Origin: Chrysomallon squamiferum | Taxonomy: Eukaryota; Animalia; Mollusca | NCBI GenBank assembly: GCA_012295275.1 | Contig: CM022679.1 | Span: 4,712,001 to 4,776,000, forward strand | DNA: 64,000 nucleotides | Direction: 5' to 3' | In this document: piece by piece, positions 12,743 through 23,878 of the stretch | Numbering within the stretch: the first letter of the stretch is position 1 | Layout of the letters: each line of letters starts with the position of its first letter | The notes under the pieces: model-generated | The model's input: only the letters and a program-made list of their open reading frames with translations | The model's database searches: none | What the model was told of the DNA's origin: nothing | Program-made: the position numbers and the translations under genes

Positions 12743-15379
12743 GCATTATTATCCTCATTATCAGTGTTATTATATTAGTGACACACTAATGTGTTGTTGT
12801 TGCTGTTATTGTCGTTATCATTATTGCTGTTCATTATTAATGTCATCATTATTATTATTATTATTATACCATTATTATCCTCATTATCAGTATTATATTA
12901 GTAACACACATTAGTGTGTGTATGTGTGTGTGAAAGTATTCCAGATCTTACCATTTCTTCTTTCTCTGCCACGATTTTCCCTAATCTGCAGGCTTTCGTC
13001 AGTTCCTTAAAATAAATTTAAAAAAATAAACTGTTCAAGTTACTTTAATATGACAGGTGTGAGTTTTTTTATTTTATTTTATTTTATTTTATTATTTTTA
13101 AATATTTTTTTTTTATTTATCTTTCTTTTATTTATTATTATTTATTTTTTAAAGTAAAATTAACAAATTCACTCATATTTATTTAATTTATTTTTTTGTT
13201 TGTAAATAAAATGACGTAACTTATTTACACATTTATTTGTTTGCAAATCAAATTATCTACCTAACTTACATATTTATTTTATTTTATTATTTATTTAATT
13301 ATTTTTAAATATTTTATTTTGTGTGAAAGTATTCCAGATCTTACCATTTCTTCTTTGTCTGCCACGATTTTCCCTAATCTGCGGACTTTCATCAGTTCCT
13401 GAAAGTAAATCAAAAAAAATAAACTGTTCAAGTTACTTTAATATGACAGGTGGGTGTTTTTTATTTTATTTTATTTTATTTTATTTTTTATTTAATTCAT
13501 TTTATTTTTTTGTAAATAAAATTACCTACATCACTTACAAATTTAACTTCTTTTTTTTATATTTACATTGTTTTTTTTTTTTTTTTTTTTTTTTTTTTTC
13601 GTTTTTTTTGGTAAATAAAAGTTGTTTGTTTATTTATTTACTCACCTGTAGACAAAACAGTATTCCAGATCTTACAATATCTTCTTTGTCTGCCACGATT
13701 TTCCCTAATCTGCAGGACTTTCATCAGTTCCTAAAAAAAAAATTAAAAAAAAAATAAACTGTTCAAGTTACTTTAATATGACAGGTGGGTGTTTTTTATT
13801 TTATTTTATTTTATTTTATTTTTTATTTAATTCATTTTATTTTTTTGTAAATAAAATTACCTACATCACTTACAAATTTAACTTCTTTTTTTTTATATTT
13901 ACATTGTTTGTTTTTTTTTTTTTTTTTTTTTTTTTGGTAAATAAAAGTTGTTTGTTTATTTATTTACTCACCTGTAGACAAAACATTAGACGGTGTACTG
14001 TTGTAGCCACTGCTGGTGGCTTCTGAAAGAAACACAAAATAACTGATAAGTTTAAAATACATTAAAAATAAACTATTTTGAGAAAAAAACCTCTGTTGTT
14101 AAACCTAACATTGTTGTTGTTGTTTTTGTTCTTCTTCTTGTTCTTCTTGGTGTATTGTTCACTGCTATTTTTTATTTTTTATTTTTTTGGTTTTATCATT
14201 ATTAATATAATGCTATATTATTATTATTATTATTATTATTACAGTTGTTGTGGTTGTTGTTGCTGTTATTGTCATTATCATTATTGCTGTTCATTATTAA
14301 TGTCATCATTATTATTATTATTATACCATTATTATCCTCATTATCAGTATTATATTAGTAACACACATTAGTGTGTGTATGTGTGTGTGAAAGTATTCCT
14401 GATCTTACCATTTCTTCTTTCTCTGCCACGATTTTCCCTAATCAGTGCTCTTTCATCAGTTCATTAAAATACATTTTAAAAAAATAAACTGTTCAAGTTA
14501 CTTTAATATGACAGGTGTGAGTTTATTTTATTTTATTTTATTTTATTATTTTTAAATATATTTTTTTTTAATTCATTTATTTTTGTAAATAAAATTACCT
14601 ACATCACTTACAAATTTATCTGGGTTTTTTATATTTACATATTTATTTATTATTTTTATTTTTATTTTGTTATTATTAAATTGTTTATTTATTTATATAT
14701 TATTATTAATTTTTTTGTTTTTGTTTTGGTAAATAAAATTTGTTTGTTTATTTATTTACTCACCTGTAGACAAAATATTAGATGATGCACTGTTGTAGCT
14801 TTCATCAGTTCCTTAAAATAAATTAAAAAAATAAAACTGTTCAAGTTACTTTAATATCACAGGTGTGAGTTGTAGAAAGGATCAAAACAGTTAATTAAAA
14901 GGCTGTATTATGTCTGTGATTGTCTCATTTATTTATTTATATATTTTATCAGTATGATGATGATGATGATGTTGATAATAATTTTTATTGTTGTTGTTGT
15001 TAGATTTGCTTTATTTCTGTGTAAAGGATAGTTATCATTTATTTATTTATTTGTGTGTATGCATACATGTGTGCATGTGGGTATGAATACCTGATGTTTG
15101 CTGGTTGCTCTCAAGGTCGTGTAATATTTTCAGTTTGCTTTGTAAATCCTTGTTCACTTTATCAATCTCGCTAAATATGTCGTCTAAATTCACCGGTATT
15201 TGGTATCTTTCAGGCTGATTACAATCACCAGGCTCGCCAAACTTCTTTTCAATCTGTCTGTCAGAAATTTGTTTTTTTATTTCAAACAGACGACTTAGTT
15301 TGCTCTTTAATTCTTTGACAAGTTCCTTCTTTTGTTCAACCCAAAAATCATACGCAGATATCACCCCGTGCTCGGCCAT
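8046..15379 (-). CDS. Gene A: uncharacterised ~350-aa protein with N-terminal coiled coil, repeated micro-exon linker and TRAF6-type motif. Exons 15379-15091, 14811-14764, 14022-13972, 13398-13345, 13005-12952, 12454-12404, 12160-12107, 11766-11713, 11218-11168, 10932-10879, 9198-9149, 8663-8511, 8135-8046
   Basis: All listed exons have AG/GT boundaries and consistent phase (phase 1 through the array, 1->0 at 9198-9149, then 0). Translation: MAEHGVISAYDFWVEQKKELVKELKSKLSRLFEIKK...LHDLESNQQTS / GTDESYNSASSNILST / EATSSGYNSTPSNVLST / GTDESPQIRENRGRQRRN (repeated) ... / GIQETELPAEKHMGPSL / DGYNEIITERVTEGAVGGFSDLQDEDAENLKELTSIDQYPALRENLNEVPV / TSANSESKEICFGATFHNKEPQEHDESKA*. Which repeat exons are included in vivo cannot be determined from sequence. 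Confidence 0.75.
9631..9961. repeat. 15-bp minisatellite (~22 copies of GGACTAGGATGTTTT / GAACTATGATGTTTT) in a gene A intron, with degenerate copies to ~10070
   Basis: Visible 15-nt periodicity. It produces the ORF-track frames NILVQ/NIIVQ and HPSPK/HHSSK. Confidence 0.9.
13676..13730 (-). pseudogene. Disrupted copy of the 54-nt repeat exon (55 nt, frameshift giving in-frame TAG), next to a truncated remnant of the 51-nt exon at ~13646-13659
   Basis: Reads GA ACT GAT GAA AGT CCT GCA GAT TAG. An adjacent deletion fuses the 3' end of a 51-nt-type exon to the intron of a 54-nt-type exon. Could be an assembly error. Confidence 0.6.
14409..14462 (-). pseudogene. 54-nt repeat exon copy with mutated acceptor (AT instead of AG)
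   Basis: Minus strand reads ttttaat|GAACTGATGAAAGAGCACTG...AGAAATG|gtaag, whereas sister copies read ttttaag|GAACTG. Confidence 0.65.
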
Positions 15380-15622
15380 TTTGCTGGTTAGTTCATCCAG
15401 GAAGTAAAACAGTAATCTCTGTCAAGAAGATACTAAATAAATTAAACTAAATGATACACCAAACAGTTTTTAACAAATTTCCTACACACATAAACACATC
15501 CACGCACACAAGTGCACACACAGTCGATGAAGTACAACGATATAAACGTTTTGAAGAAGAATTTAAGTGAACACATTCTTTAATTCAAAAAAAAAAAAAA
15601 AAAAAAAAAAAAATTAAAAGAA

Positions 15623-15662
<40 letters not shown>

Positions 15663-16119
15663 GTTATTTTTTAAAGAATAACTTAATTCACATACATACA
15701 AGAGTAAGCTATGGCGGACACTAATTTGGGGGACCCTTAGGCTAGAACTGTTCGGGACCCTTCGCAAGCAACAACGAGATACAGTTAATCATTGTTACCT
15801 TCTTCAATCGGTTTGTTCTATGGCAGCTTACAACAAATCTTTTAAAATTTGGATTCAGATTTTGAAGCAGTGTGGACTAACGTCGCTTAAGCTTCATTAG
15901 TTTCATAATAGATGGAGGGTTTTTTTAGGTTTATATATATACATAATTTTGTTTATTTATTTTATTTTTATACATTTATTTATTTATTTTGTTACTTGTA
16001 CATTAGTCTGAGTTTTGCATCTGCCATAATATTAAATTAAACAAATATCTAAATATTATTGTTATAATTTTATACTCACATTAAAAAGCGAAGTTACCTC
16101 TACACTCTGTACCCTTCTA

Positions 16120-16230
16120 TATTGACAAACTTCCTTTTTACCGTGACGTCTGGTGCGGCAATGATAAACTAAGTCGCCTATTGGCTAATCAACATCATAC
16201 CCCGTGATACTCGTCCAATGGCCAATTACT
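16120..16230 (-). promoter_or_regulatory. Candidate promoter of gene A (ETS core, CRE-like TGACGTC, three CCAAT boxes)
   Basis: ACTTCC at ~16128, GTGACGTC at 16143-16150, ATTGG at 16180, CCAAT at 16215 and 16222. A minus-strand donor gtgagt at ~16079 and an acceptor at 15419-15420 upstream of the ATG imply a non-coding first exon. Confidence 0.5.
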
Positions 16231-16341
16231 AACTTGTCGTCTGTTATTATTTTAATTTATTAATCAGTATTTTCTAATTATAAATTTTAAAAAATCAGAC
16301 AATTCTGTGGTTTGTGATAATTGCCATGACATTTCTGTCTT

Positions 16342-16413
<72 letters not shown>

Positions 16414-17190
16414 AACAGTTACGATAAATAATATAATAACGAGACACGCAATGACTGTCACACGTAGAACAAAAAATGGAACCGTCTTGGTAAATGTTTT
16501 GGTTTTGTTTAGTGTGTTATTACTTCTGTTAGCAAAACAAACAAAAATTGTAATTTGTCGTTAACTTTTTATTTGTAGCACCAAATGTTCACTTTAGTAA
16601 GTTTTATACAAGTTAATTTGTTTTCTGTATGTTACTATCCGAAGAAGCGGGTGGAAAAAATGTAAATATAAAATATGTCCGAAAATTTCAAAACTGAAAA
16701 TTATTGTCTGCGTTTCTTATATTTATTTATGTAAGATCTAGATGGGGGGAAATAATATTACACTGACCAATCGTAAACCAAGTATACATTTCAACACGAC
16801 TTCATGAAAACGTAAAAAGCTGATTTTGCCAGCGTTTTATACTAAACAGAAACTAGATACATTATCTCTTCGCCATTGTGCAAATATGTGCACTGTTCTG
16901 CCTGACTCGTAAATAATATTAATTATTTTAAGCTGCGAAATGATTTTGTTTGATTTCCTTACGATTCTGTCACGAGATGTGTTTTATTAAAATGCGAGTA
17001 CTTCTCTCGGGTGAATCTATCTGTTTACAGAAACCATTGACGTGTAATGAAACTCAGTTGTAAATGTCCAGGGTGGATCTATAATGAAACAAGTGAGGGG
17101 CTAAATTTTAGTAAAAACATTTACGGAACAAGCTACAGAAAAATATAACTATCGTTGCCCAAAAACGTAGGCCAGCCACTGATCATTACC

Positions 17191-17589
17191 TGAGCCGGAT
17201 TAAGACCCTTTCAGGCCCTAAGCACTGAAAAAAAAAAAAAAAAAATTAGGTGCCCCCAAACATTTATAATTCAAAATATAAACCATAAAATACAATTTTA
17301 TCTATCGAAAATTCGAAATTAAACAAAACTTACAAGTAAGAAGGAAAATAATTTTTATTTCTGTATGCTTCCATTTTATTTACAGTGAAAACACGATGAA
17401 CATGATGACTCGGGAGAGAATGCTTTATAAACAGAATTTTTCATTAAATTTTGAAAATGGCTATAAATGTAATTAATTTATATAATTTAAATGCTAAATT
17501 CGGCTGTGAAAAATGTCCAAGGTGCCACTCCTTCCCTTGATGACGTAAGCACGTGCTTATTTTGCTTATAGGGTTGATCCACCATTGGC
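17191..17589. mobile_element. Degenerate non-autonomous DNA transposon (MITE, hAT-like ends)
   Basis: Left end GCCGGATTAAGACCCTT..AGGCCCTAAGCAC and right end TAAGCACGTGCTTATTTTGCTTATAGGGTTGATCC form imperfect inverted ends (GGATTAA / TTGATCC) around an AT-rich interior with no ORF. Family assigned by resemblance only. Confidence 0.5.
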
Positions 17590-18278
17590 CGAGGTACAGT
17601 ACATTCTAATACAGGAAGTACTAAAATTACTGTAGCAAGTTTCCTCTCGTATCATCATTTTACTACAAAATGCTGCCTTCCCAAAACACGTTTTGCACGT
17701 AACTACCAAACATTTACAGACAAAAAATGTTGTTGTCATTTAGATGTAGACACATTTGGAAAACTAGAAAAAAAGAAAGTCAGCCACGCACACACGCGCA
17801 TGGTGTAAATGTTTAATGACACGAATGAATATTTACACATTAATTTGAAATGTCAAAGAATGAACAATAACAATAACATTAATAAAATTCACATACTGTT
17901 CTTTTGAATACTTAAATATCGTATTAAAGACCTTGTCTCAAAATAGTGGACGCAACATGATCTTCCAGACCATAATGTAAACCAAACGATGTCTGGTATT
18001 AAATAAAAAGGATGTACATACTAACAATAGTCATATCTGTCATACGTTTTCATGTCATATATTTTGTTTGGGTTAGGTTGTTTTTTTTGTATGTGTGTTA
18101 TTTTTGTGTGTGTGTTTTTGTTGTTGTTGTTGTTGTGTGTATGTTTTTGTTGTTATAATACAAACAGAATAAGAAAAAACGACATAATACATGAAACTAA
18201 ATAAATTAATTTAATTAAATTAAATTAAAATTAAAATTAAATTATGCTTAAGTAAATTAATAATAATAGTAATAATAA

Positions 18279-18321
<43 letters not shown>

Positions 18322-18793
18322 AAATAATAATTTAAAAAACAAACACGCAAACAATGCTGTTTATATCACGTTTATCTAGATCAGGTAGAAAAATTTCTTC
18401 CTTGTAGGGATTACTAGCAGCTCAATATAGATATGTCAGCAATGATATTTTATATCAATCGCAAAATACATAGAACTGTATCAAAGAGGAAGATAAAGGA
18501 TTTAAAAAAAAAAAAAAAAAAAAAAAGAAATAGGATCATACACAGTACATACAAAAAAAAACAAGACAAATATTATTATCACGTTAAAACAAATGAAAAT
18601 CATTTGATAAGTCTTGGTATGCCCGTTTTTGTTTTTGTTTTTCACTCGTATGTAATAAAACTCATTTCATCTTCGTAACGCCCTCATGTCTTTTCAAATT
18701 CCTGACCTGACCCTGGTTTGCCTATGTGTGCTATTTTCTATCACCTTACTTCCTTTATTGCTGGCCTATCTCAGAACTCAAACTGTACTGGGG

Positions 18794-18837
<44 letters not shown>

Positions 18838-19155
18838 GGACATATCTTCCTCTTACACTGAAATCGAATCGCACATATTTATGCGTCTGTTTTATTATCA
18901 CAATAAAAGGCGTTATTTTGCCTTATCTTGAGTTGTATAAAAACCTTCAGACATATATATATATATATGACATTTTAATATATACAAAGGTAAAACATGG
19001 TATATCTTAAAAATCACATGATCGTCACAAAATAATGTAAAAAAATATATCTGAGTTGTGTTATTTCTTAAAATGTAATTGTCACCAGTCTCATGATCCA
19101 GTTTATTATGCATATTAAATATTCCTGATGTTTAGAGAATTTTTGTCTGTTTTAG

Positions 19156-19448
19156 TTACAATTTTGTAACTGGTGGTATGTTATCTTCCATACAGTGTTC
19201 CTGTGGCTCAAACTGAAAATAAATAAATAAAGAATATATATGTATGTGAGTATGAGAGTGTTTGTGTTTGAGTATGTGTCTGTGTCTTTTATGTATATGT
19301 GTGCAATAAATGTGTGTGTATATGTATAATGTATAGGAATAAATACAAAGGAATATATACAAATACATATTTAAATTTTTTATTCCAAATGAAATATATA
19401 TATATTTAATTTTTATTTTAAATTAAATTTATTTAAATATATCTTTTC

Positions 19449-19511
<63 letters not shown>

Positions 19512-19953
19512 ATATATGTGTGTGTATATATTTATATATATAAATTTAAAAGCAAATAAATAAATACAATAATTTTACAAATTAATAATAAACTGATAAA
19601 TAAATTACCTTTATGTTTATTTTATTATAAATTATCTACAATCCAATTAAAATTTTATTTCTGATACCTTTTTGTTTTCTTGTTCCAAAGATTCTTGTAA
19701 TGGGACTACAAATGAATCTGAAAAAATATTTAAAAAAAAGAAAATAAATAAATGTATATATAATACATGCGATGAGTATACATGAATTGAAATTTATAAA
19801 TAAAACAAAACAAATTAATTTAAAAAAAGAAAATAAATAAATGAATATATAAATCAAATAATTAATTTTATTAAAAAAGAAAAAGAAAAAAAAAAGCAGT
19901 ATAATTTTATTTCAGGTGCCAAACTCATACACATACACACACAATGGGTCAGT

Positions 19954-20033
<80 letters not shown>

Positions 20034-20155
20034 AAAAGATGTTTCCACAACATTGCTACACTTACCTGGAAAACATGCGCTGCCAATTCCACTATCTCGC
20101 TCATCAGTAACTCGAACACCTGTGGAATAATAACAATAACAATAACAATAACAAC

Positions 20156-20249
<94 letters not shown>

Positions 20250-20795
20250 GCAAGAATTCAAACAAATATTTTATTTAGATATCTTAGTGCTTACCAGTAG
20301 TCATGTAATGATATAATACTGTTATTGTTCCCTAACTGGGCCTAAGAACGAAGTGGGATCAAGCTTTTCACAAAGCGAAACCACTGAATAACATCAAAAT
20401 CAAAAATAGTGTCAGAAATTGATAATTTCAAAATGTAGATGAACTCTGATTTTTTTTGTGATGTACGTAAGAACAACAACAACAACAACAAAAATAATAG
20501 ATCACTTTTTCGCCGATCAAGTCATCGTTAGTCAAATGTACTCACCCACATTCCTCCGAGTTAGCAGATGCGAATTGTGTCTGTATGCTTGAGCTATTTT
20601 GCGAGTCAGTTCAGCAATTTCGTCTGCCATCTTTTCTATTTTGTCAGGGCTATAGTTATCAGCGTCGGTTTCGTCTAATTTGCCGAGATACTCCAAGTAA
20701 TCCTTTGTACATTGCAGACGACATAGCAACTTCCGGTTAGTCTCAATTTGGCTTAGAAAAATGTCTCTGACGCTGTTTTCAGATGTTTCTGCCAT
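19156..20795 (-). CDS. Gene B: uncharacterised 136-aa coiled-coil protein with DSGIGS phosphodegron and TRAF-type motifs. Exons 20795-20546, 20119-20066, 19717-19668, 19212-19156
   Basis: Canonical splice sites with phases 1, 1, 0. Translation: MAETSENSVRDIFLSQIETNRKLLCRLQCTKDYLEYLGKLDETDADNYSPDKIEKMADEIAELTRKIAQAYRHNSHLLTRRNV-GVRVTDERDSGIGSACFP-DSFVVPLQESLEQENKK-FEPQEHCMEDNIPPVTKL*. An acceptor at 20823-20824 and a donor at 21785-21786 suggest a 5' UTR exon. Confidence 0.8.
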
Positions 20796-21508
20796 GATCA
20801 GTGCTTTCGAATGTGTCACATGCTAAATAGAATTACACACAGAATTAGAATGACAGAAATGTTATTTTTTCTTATGAATATTTGCATTTAAAAAAACATA
20901 CATTAGGTGTTACGAACAAATAAATTAAAAATATTTAGCTTGTTTCCAAGTTATCATTTTATTCTCGCAAGTCACCAATCTTTGCTAACAATAAATTTTA
21001 TAGATTTTTTTTGTCTGCACTGCACTAACAAAATCATAAACTTTTTGGACACTCTTGAAACCTTTATAATTATAATAATAGCCTCAGTAAGTCAGTCAAA
21101 CGGCTAATGAAACATAATTCCATTCAGCAACCACGACTTTGTCTACTATATTTTTTTAGAACAATTCCTTTACGTATCTTCAGTTAAAGCTAAACTTTTT
21201 TTTTTTACAATCCCTGTATCTGTCGAAGGTGGGTATATGGGCTAACACTAATTATTATTATTTTTTCCAAGCAATTTAAATTATAGTTAAATTATTTATT
21301 TTAGCAATGGCGGATTTATAGACTTTAATAATACTATAAACGCATCGATTAATAAGTACATTTAAGGAAATATTAAAGGAAATATTGATTTAATTAATTA
21401 ATTAATTAATTAAATTAAATTAAAACAAATTAAAATTAATAAACAAAAATACTGGATATATCTGCGTGTATATGCATGTTTATAAAGCCATCGTATAATA
21501 AATAATGA

Positions 21509-21540
<32 letters not shown>

Positions 21541-21897
21541 ATAAAAAGTAGAATAAAATAGAATAAAATAAATATTTTTTTGTCTGCAGATTTATATGTA
21601 TACTATATATAAGCAGATACACATCTGTATACACGTAAAATATGCTTCTATAGTTAGCACATATATTTATATAGTCACATTTATTTACATACACACACAC
21701 ATACGCACACACATAAATAAATACTGTTAACTGCAATGAAATAATATTTAGGAAAATATAAGTTTAAATCTTGATCACGAACTTACCACATTAACATCCA
21801 AATGTTGGTCTGCTCTGTTTATATTATTTTAATTTCGAATTTCTTTTCTTTCTTTTTGATTTTGTTTCCTCTTCTAAAATTACTGCATTAGTGAAGT

Positions 21898-21996
21898 GGG
21901 AATTCCCCGTGACGTCATCTGTTCCTGGTTAGATAGGTAAAAATATATTTCAATAGATTCAAAGGTGAGCAGCCATCAATCCAGGAAGTCTTCCTT
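21898..21996. promoter_or_regulatory. Composite NF-kB + CRE + ETS element at the 5' end of gene B
   Basis: GGGAATTCCC at 21898-21907, TGACGTCA at 21910-21917 and CAGGAAGT at 21982-21989, located 110-200 bp upstream of the minus-strand donor at 21786. Confidence 0.7.
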
Positions 21997-22038
21997 GTTG
22001 AGAAAACTACTACTACTACTGCTACTTAATATTATTAC

Positions 22039-22076
<38 letters not shown>

Positions 22077-22290
22077 TTTTTTTTTTATTTATTTATTGTT
22101 ATTTTATTACTTTTATTATCATTATAATGTGTTTTAATGTTGCGCAACCGTTTCTTCCCTTTATCCATTGACTGTATTTCTTTCTGACGGGAGAGTTACT
22201 TATAACTCTTTTGTGTTTATGTGTCTTTGTGGAATGTTTTTTTTAAATATAAATGTTACATGTATATCTCTTGCTTTCAGGAATTAGTAT

Positions 22291-22352
<62 letters not shown>

Positions 22353-23123
22353 AAATAAATAAATAAATAATGAAGCGAATTCATTTTGTAAGAAGCAGTT
22401 TATAAATATCTAGCATAAAAATCTGTTAAAAACTGAGTCGCTTTCATTTTTTTAACACCTTTAGGTGCAGAATGATTTGTACAAGCGAGCCATGTTTGTC
22501 AAAAATACTGGATCCGCTCCCCCCCTACCAAGGAGGGGTTACGATGGAAAGAAGGACAGTACAATTCTTTTATTGAAAAACGATAAAACAAAGAAAATAA
22601 TTTATTTTGCCGCAGCAGCTGCAACAGCAGCAACAGTAGCAATAGTAGCAGTAGTAGCAGCAGTTAGTATAGCAGTAGTAGTAAAGCAAATATTTTGTAA
22701 ACTGTCCTTTATTAAGAGAAAACTCAATGAAAATGTAGTCATGTTTATCTGAAAATTATTTCGAATTAATTTTGCTTTTGTCCAATTTCAGTTTTCCTGA
22801 TGTTTTGGGTTTGTATATTAATAAAATCAATTTTTTTTTCACCTATCTCTTGTTCGTCCATATATCTCTGGTTTTATTCCTTCATCCAGAAAGTGTACGT
22901 AGAAACGAATTATCGTTATTTTCCAAGCTATAACCGAATGAACAAAAGATTTCAGCTGTCAGAAACCATGGAAATTACGATAAATATCTAAGTAATGTTT
23001 TTTGTTTAATGTATGCTGTAACTGTATAAAGAACAGCTATCCTATTGAGGTCCGTATTCCAATGAATACCGTGCACAGAAACACAAAACTGCATAGAATT
23101 GAAATTGAAACGCAATGTTAATA

Positions 23124-23190
23124 GACGTCAGTAATTTCTTTTACGTCCGCTTCATTGTTATAAATATAAATGTCGTTTAGTGTGACGTCA
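23124..23190 (+). promoter_or_regulatory. CRE and TATA elements upstream of the protamine-like ORF
   Basis: GACGTCA at 23124-23130, TATAAATATAAA at 23159-23170, full TGACGTCA at 23183-23190, ATG at 23210. Confidence 0.6.
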
Positions 23191-23209
23191 TTTCTCTTTT
23201 ACCGCAAGC

Positions 23210-23644
23210 ATGGGTAAAAGACCGATTAATATGGATAAGTACAAGTATAAATTGCTATCTAGAAATACCACGCCCGAATCGAGAGGGGAGTCCAGGTCTC
23301 GATCACGATCGCATTCTCGGTCCCCGTCTAGGTCGAGTTCTAAATCCCTTTCTCGATCTAGATCCAGGTCGCCCAGCATGATGAGCGTCGATATCAGGAG
23401 ACCGAGGAAAAACAGTCGCCCGACCCGCAGAACCAGTAACTATAATCCGTCATCTAAGGGTCGGAAACGACGTTATGGTTCATCCAGGCAACGACAACGA
23501 AAACGCGTTAAGCGGGCCCCAATCCGGAAGAGGAAGAAACCAGCCATGAAAAAGAAACGCAAGCCTCTAAAGAAAAATTTGGTATCGCCGGCAGTTGCAG
23601 CAGAGCCCTCTAATCCAGTACCCAAGGAAGAAAAGGCCAAATAG
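23210..23644 (+). CDS. Intronless RS/Arg/Lys-rich basic protein, 144 aa; protamine-like / sperm nuclear basic protein-like
   Basis: GC-elevated, non-microsatellite ORF with an RS block (SRSRSRSHSRSPSRSSSKSLSRSRSRSPS), Arg clusters (GRKRR, RQRQRKRVKR) and a K/A/P-rich H1-tail-like C terminus. No RRM, winged helix or histone fold is visible. It is flanked by TATA/CRE upstream and 3' processing signals downstream. Confidence 0.75.
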   Translation: MGKRPINMDKYKYKLLSRNTTPESRGESRSRSRSHSRSPSRSSSKSLSRSRSRSPSMMSVDIRRPRKNSRPTRRTSNYNPSSKGRKRRYGSSRQRQRKRVKRAPIRKRKKPAMKKKRKPLKKNLVSPAVAAEPSNPVPKEEKAK

Positions 23645-23720
23645 AAGATGGGGGGGGTGGATGATGGTGAGGTGATTGCTAACATGAGCAGGACTTGAAG
23701 TAGCAATCAGTACATTTCAT

Positions 23721-23758
23721 AAGGCCCTTTTAAGGGCCATACAATCGAAGAATGAGAG
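23721..23758 (+). terminator. Replication-dependent histone-type 3' stem-loop plus purine-rich downstream element
   Basis: AA-GGCCCT-TTTA-AGGGCC-ATACA: 6-bp stem at 23723-23728 / 23733-23738 with a 4-nt UUUA loop, followed about 10 nt later by GAAGAATGAGAG. Matches the SLBP-binding consensus GGYYCU-UYUN-AGRRCC. Confidence 0.85.
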
Positions 23759-23801
23759 TTTTAATGTTCTTCCAGATAGCCGATATTTTGATATTAAATA
23801 T

Positions 23802-23836
<35 letters not shown>

Positions 23837-23878
23837 TTATTCTCTCCTATTTAGCCATGGTTATTCTACTTATTACTT

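Larger units (their letters stand above)
10640..14870. repeat. Near-identical ~1.23-kb tandem duplication (~3 copies plus partial units) carrying the micro-exons of gene A
   Basis: Matching blocks start at 10857, 12085 and 13323 (period 1228-1238 bp) and at 11274, 12510 and 14078. They differ mainly in homopolymer lengths. Confidence 0.92.

Noticed and set aside
10857-14371. Repeated plus-strand ORFs MKVFQILPFLLCLPRF... and MRKKPLLLNL... resembling secreted or membrane peptides
   Set aside because: They start at GTG/TTG, run into T-rich low-complexity sequence, and lie antisense to or between well-formed minus-strand exons.
10879-14811. Regularly spaced conserved ~54-bp units suggestive of a CRISPR-like array
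   Set aside because: Eukaryotic context. The units have AG/GT splice sites, the intervening sequences are themselves duplicated introns, and there are no cas genes.
23210-23644. SR splicing factor as an alternative identity for the basic ORF
   Set aside because: No RRM or upstream coding exon was found. The K/A/P tail and histone stem-loop favour a chromatin protein.
23188-23706. Antisense ORFs (DLDLDRERDL... and 23473..23706)
   Set aside because: Typical antisense shadow of an RS-repeat gene. Promoter and 3' signals support the plus strand.
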